64,000 bases of DNA from Bryobacteraceae bacterium (GTDB taxonomy: Bacteria; Acidobacteriota; Terriglobia; Bryobacterales; Bryobacteraceae): positions 29,277-93,276 of the forward strand of contig DASWZN010000025.1 in the NCBI GenBank assembly GCA_036404435.1, given 5' to 3'. Of the stretch, positions 60,308-64,000 are shown in pieces. The translations under genes and the position numbers were made by a program. Position 1 is the stretch's first letter. Every line of letters starts with the position of its first letter. The notes below the pieces were generated by a model, which saw only the letters and a list, made by a program, of their open reading frames with translations, was not told where the DNA came from and did no database searches.

Positions 60308-61071
60308 ATGGGCATGGCGAAGCAAACGAACTCGAAAGAACGGACAGAAGCGGCGAGGGAGGAAAGGGATCGCATCATTATGGACCACCTGCCGCTGGTG
60401 AAAGCGATCGCGGTCCGCGTCCACGAGAACCTGCCGGTTCATGTCGATCTGGACGATCTGGTGCATGCCGGGATTCTGGGTCTGTTCGACGCGGTCGACA
60501 AGTTCCAGCCTGAAAAGCAGTTGCGTTCTCGAGTTATGCGAAGCACCGGATCAAGGGGGCGATCCTGGACAGCCTGCGGCAGTTGGACTGGGCGTCGCGG
60601 GATCTGCGGCGCCGGCACAAGCAGGTCGAGGAGGCTACGCGCGAGCTTGCGGCGACGTTGCAACGGAATCCGACCGAGTCGGAGATTGCGGGGAAGATGG
60701 GCGTCGAAATGGAGCGGTGGCGCCAAATGATGGCGGAAATGCAGTGCGTCGGCCTGATCTCGATTTCCGCCCGGCGTCCCGATCAGGAGGACCTGCCCGC
60801 GCCAGATTATCCGGCCAAGCCGGAGACGCACCCCGATTCGATCTGCGCCCACGGCCAGCTTCACGACCTCCTGTGGAAAGCCATGAAGACGCTTCCGGAG
60901 CGCTACCGGAAAGTGGTGGTCCTGTACTACACGAAAGACATGACGATGCGGGAAATCGGCGGCATTCTGGGCATCAACGAGAGCCGGGTCTCGCAGATCC
61001 ACAAGTCTGCGCTCGAGAAAATGGCCAACGCGCTGCAATCGGCCGGTATCGGATCGGTAGGGGCCTTCTGA
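60308..61071 (+). pseudogene. fliA: sigma-28 (FliA/WhiG/SigD-type) RNA polymerase sigma factor interrupted by a frameshift in an A-run
   Basis: Region 2 (LVKAIAVRVHENLP..DLDDLVHAGILGLFDAVDKFQPEK) is in the frame of ORF 60269-60730. The continuation VAFSSYAKHRIKGAILDSLRQLDWASRDLRRRHK...LPERYRKVVVLYYTKDMTMREIGGILGINESRVSQIHKSAL is in the frame of ORF 60583-61071. The junction is at gaaaag (60512-60517), and one extra A would restore ...PEKAVAFSSY.... Confidence 0.65.
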
Positions 61072-61149
61072 ACATTCCCGAAGAACATAAGGCGGCAGAC
61101 GCGAGCGGCGGGCGCCTGAGCGTCTTCCGCCCGTGCGTCTCGCTTTTTA

Positions 61150-61815
61150 CTACGCGAGGCTGGGGATCTGGATGATCTTCTTTTGGATGGCGTACTGGAC
61201 CAACTGCGCCTTGTTGTGGATATCGAGCTTGCGCATGAGATTGAACTTATGCGCTTCCACGGTCTTGACGCTGAGATTGAGCTCGCACGCGATCTCCTTG
61301 ACGGACTGGCCCTCCGCCAGCATTTTGAGGACTTCCTTCTCGCGGGCGGTAAGCGTGGCGAAGCGGGGCAGCCGGGCGGAGGACTTGACCCGGGAGCGGA
61401 AGGCGTCGACGAGCTGTGAGAGCATCCTGGGGCTGAGGTAACTGCCTCCCCGGTTCACGTCGCGGATGGCCGCAAGCAGTTGCGGGGCCGGGCAATCCTT
61501 CAGCACGTAGCCGTTCCCGCCGACTTCCATGCCCTCCACCAGGTAGTCTTCGTCGTCGTACATGGTGAGGAATAGCACCTTGGTGTCGGGCCGGTCCCGC
61601 CGGATGTGGCGGGTGGCCTCGAAACTACTGAACCCGGGCATTCCGATGTCCATCAGGACCACATCGGGGCGCAACTCGGCTGTTTTCTCCATTGCGTCTC
61701 CGGCGTTCGACACCTCGGCGACTACTTCCAGATCGGCCTCCGCGGCCAGCAGGTTCCTGATGCCCTGCCGGAACAGCGTGTGATCGTCGGCCAGTAGCAC
61801 TCTGATCTTTGGCAT
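61150..61815 (-). CDS. NarL/FixJ-family response regulator (REC + LuxR HTH)
   Basis: The ATG at 61815 gives MPKIRVLLADDHTLFRQG. Motifs VVLMDIGMPG and the LuxR HTH LTAREKEVLKMLAEGQSVKEIACELNLSVKTVEAHK are present. Confidence 0.9.
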   Translation of the reverse strand: MPKIRVLLADDHTLFRQGIRNLLAAEADLEVVAEVSNAGDAMEKTAELRPDVVLMDIGMPGFSSFEATRHIRRDRPDTKVLFLTMYDDEDYLVEGMEVGGNGYVLKDCPAPQLLAAIRDVNRGGSYLSPRMLSQLVDAFRSRVKSSARLPRFATLTAREKEVLKMLAEGQSVKEIACELNLSVKTVEAHKFNLMRKLDIHNKAQLVQYAIQKKIIQIPSLA

Positions 61816-61828
61816 AAGCCCTCGACTT

Positions 61829-63439
61829 TCATGCGCACCGCCCGGCCCCCCGGTGCGGGTTGGAGGTTCCGGCGGCGGCCCCTCGGGCCGCGGGAATCGG
61901 GATGGATGCTGAGACCCGGGTGCCCCGGCCCGGTGCGCTCGAGATTTCGAACTTGCCGCCGGCCAGCGCGACCCTCTCTCGCATGCCCGCCAGGCCATAC
62001 GAGCCAGGCTTGGCGAGAGCCTCCGCGACTCGGAAACCGACGCCATCATCCTGAATGCGCATGTTCAGCCTTCCATCGGCGGCAGCAACGAAAACGTTTA
62101 GGTGCGAGGCGGATGAATGCCGCGCGACGTTGTTGCAGCATTCCTGGACCAGGCGGTAAGCCAGGATGGCCGTCTTCTCCGGCAGGGCCTTCAACCCCGC
62201 GCCCTCCAGACGCGTCGAGACGCCATGCATCTGATGCAGGCGGATCAGCAGTTGGCGCACCGCGGCCGCCAGACCCAATTGCTCCAGGACCGCCGGGCTG
62301 AGGTCCGAGAGCACCCGCCGGATCTCCAGTACGGTGCGCCCAATGGCCTCGCGCGCTTCGGCCAGCCTGCTGACGACGGCCGGTGGCGTACCCTTCTCGC
62401 GCTCGATCATTTCGAGCTGCAGACGCACGTAGGGGAGGAGCTGGCCGGCTTCGTCGTGCAGTTCGCGGCGGATGCGGCGCCGTTCCCGTTCCTCGGCCTG
62501 AAGCACGCGCTCGGCCAGTTCGCGCACCTCTCGCTCGCGAGCGGCAAGCTGACTCGCCAGGCGCAGCTTCTCCGCCGCCCTGACGCACCGGCCGGCGGCT
62601 CCGGCAAGCAGGCGCAGCTCCCGTGGGAGCCACTGGTACTCCTTCCGGAAAGCGAACTGCATCGCACCGGCGTCCCCCAACGGGACCGACCAGGCCGAGA
62701 CGTATTGGCGGGCCCAGGAAGGATCCAGCAACCCCCGTGCGCGGCTTTTTCCGGCGCGCATCAGCCGGGGCGTGGCAAGGCTCTTCACGGGGAACCCCGC
62801 CGGAAGCGGGATGGCGACGCCGCAGGCCACCGGCGCCTGCCGGCTGGAATCGAACAACACCGCGCAGGCCGCATCGGCGCGGCAAAACCTCGCCAGGATA
62901 CCCAGGTAGGCTGCCAGCAGCTCGCCCTCGGCCGAGGCCCGCAACTCGGCATCGTGCAGTTCGAAAAAGGCCTCGGTCTCCGCTTCGCGCACCTGATAGA
63001 AGGCATTGTTGAGCGTGAGGACCACGCAAAAGCCCAGTTGCCCGGCGACCCAGCGCAAATCCTCCCGCTCGGGTTCGGGAATGGCGCGCGAGCGGCGCGC
63101 CAGGAGGCGATCATAGGCGGAAAGCGCGTCCAGGACAGAGCCCGGCGTCACGTCCAGTTTGGCCAGCCTGCGCCCGCTGTATTCCACCTGTTCGAAGAAA
63201 TCGGCCAGGGGCTTCTTCTGCGCCAGCAGGCGCAGGGCGGCTCCAAAAGTGATCGCGCCCAGGGCCTTGGCCTGCTGAGCGTCGAAGCGCTGCCGTCGCA
63301 GCCACCTGAGAAAGGCCGCATCGAGGGCACCCGATTCCCCCTTCAGGAGCCGGGCCAGGCTGCGGAGGCGGCGGCGAAACTCCGCGCTCAGCAGGTCGGC
63401 GGCCTGCGCCAGCGGCGGCGGCATCCTGAGAGAAGGCAC
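61829..63439 (-). CDS. cytoplasmic sensor histidine kinase, HisKA_3 (NarX/DegS-type) with N-terminal GAF-like region
   Basis: 536 aa with no TM segment. The H-box is ERERRRIRRELHDEAGQLL. The HATPase region has NNVARHS, DDGVGF and GLAGMRERV. It lies immediately upstream of the NarL-type regulator. Confidence 0.85.
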   Translation of the reverse strand: MPSLRMPPPLAQAADLLSAEFRRRLRSLARLLKGESGALDAAFLRWLRRQRFDAQQAKALGAITFGAALRLLAQKKPLADFFEQVEYSGRRLAKLDVTPGSVLDALSAYDRLLARRSRAIPEPEREDLRWVAGQLGFCVVLTLNNAFYQVREAETEAFFELHDAELRASAEGELLAAYLGILARFCRADAACAVLFDSSRQAPVACGVAIPLPAGFPVKSLATPRLMRAGKSRARGLLDPSWARQYVSAWSVPLGDAGAMQFAFRKEYQWLPRELRLLAGAAGRCVRAAEKLRLASQLAAREREVRELAERVLQAEERERRRIRRELHDEAGQLLPYVRLQLEMIEREKGTPPAVVSRLAEAREAIGRTVLEIRRVLSDLSPAVLEQLGLAAAVRQLLIRLHQMHGVSTRLEGAGLKALPEKTAILAYRLVQECCNNVARHSSASHLNVFVAAADGRLNMRIQDDGVGFRVAEALAKPGSYGLAGMRERVALAGGKFEISSAPGRGTRVSASIPIPAARGAAAGTSNPHRGAGRCA

Positions 63440-63487
63440 CGCTCTACTTATCGGGTGTTTGCGGGGGCGGCTTTATCCTGTCGTCGC

Positions 63488-64000
63488 CTACTGAGGCTTG
63501 CCCGCGAGCAGCTTATCGATTGCGACGTTGAGCCCCCGGCCCTCGAAGATGTCCTTCGTCTGGGGGCCGAACACCCAGTCACCACGGATGATCCCGCTCG
63601 AATCGATCAGGTAGGCATGCGGGAAGGTGATGGCACCTCCGGACAGGGGGTCGGGAAGAATGTAGGAGTATGCCGCCTGGCCGCAGTCGAACAGGATGGG
63701 GTAGGTGACTTTCGCCTGGGCGGCGAAGCGTTCGACCGCGCCCTGTTCGTCGGGCGGGAGGACGAAGGCGAGCACGGCGACCTTTCCGCCGTAAGACGCC
63801 TTGATTTCCTCCAGAAGCCTCGCAAATACGCCGCAGTGGGGGCAGTCGGTCTTAATGAACTCCAACACCAGGATCTTGCCGCGGTAGTCCTGAAGATCGT
63901 GTTGAACCCATTTCAGATCGTGCAGGGAGAAGCCGGGCGCGCGCCGTCCGATCTGTGCGAGCGCGGCGCCTGCGGAGAGAGCGGCCAAGGTGGCAATCAG
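63488..64000 (-). CDS. TlpA/ResA-like thiol-disulfide oxidoreductase (thioredoxin fold), N-terminus beyond window
   Basis: CxxC motif (DCPHCG), with APGFSLHDL...GKILVLEFI typical of the redoxin family. The reading frame stays open to the window edge. Confidence 0.75.
   Translation of the reverse strand: MIATLAALSAGAALAQIGRRAPGFSLHDLKWVQHDLQDYRGKILVLEFIKTDCPHCGVFARLLEEIKASYGGKVAVLAFVLPPDEQGAVERFAAQAKVTYPILFDCGQAAYSYILPDPLSGGAITFPHAYLIDSSGIIRGDWVFGPQTKDIFEGRGLNVAIDKLLAGKPQ

Overview
This is a 64-kb high-GC bacterial chromosomal window covering the replication-origin neighbourhood. All calls come from reading the sequence and the ORF translations by eye, with no database search. The gene content and the dispersed palindromic repeats suggest an Acidobacteriota-like soil bacterium, but that is only an inference.

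Origin and housekeeping genes: purD, mnmG(gidA)-rsmG(gidB)-parA-parB with two perfect parS palindromes, and gyrB-dnaN-dnaA on the minus strand. Three clustered DnaA boxes and an AT-rich tract lie upstream of dnaA.

Other housekeeping genes: alr, metG, tatD, uvrA, gap, aroB, a fused aroD-aroE, ubiE/menG, a polyprenyl synthase, mtnA, galM, cobB and larC. There are three tRNAs: Arg-CCT, Met/Ile2-CAT and Gly-GCC.

Accessory-looking content:
- A 10-kb ABC-transporter-type glycan cluster (10028-19982). It opens with a Wzt-like ATPase carrying an extra C-terminal domain, translationally coupled to a methyltransferase fused to a long coiled coil (WbdD-like cap/ruler architecture). A fused GT2-GT4 enzyme, three GT2 and one GT4 follow. 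No Wzm permease, initiating transferase or sugar-nucleotide genes are in the window.
- A second orphan Wzt paralog (42669-43979), bracketed by copies of a roughly 32-bp dispersed palindromic repeat that also supplies its last codons and stop.
- A 62-aa twin-arginine-signal micro-ORF, translationally coupled between aroDE and a signal-less amidase.
- A uvrA / deoxyhypusine-synthase-like / CPBP-protease string joined by 4-nt overlaps.
- Decay and scars: a sigma-28 (FliA-type) gene broken by a 1-nt loss in an A-run, a multiply frameshifted methyltransferase pseudogene, and a 3' remnant of glyA next to tRNA-Gly.
- A 1505-aa hybrid histidine kinase with six PAS modules.

No CRISPR array, transposase, integrase or prophage genes were seen. 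Many long ORFs in the supplied track are antisense or off-frame artefacts of high GC and were rejected.
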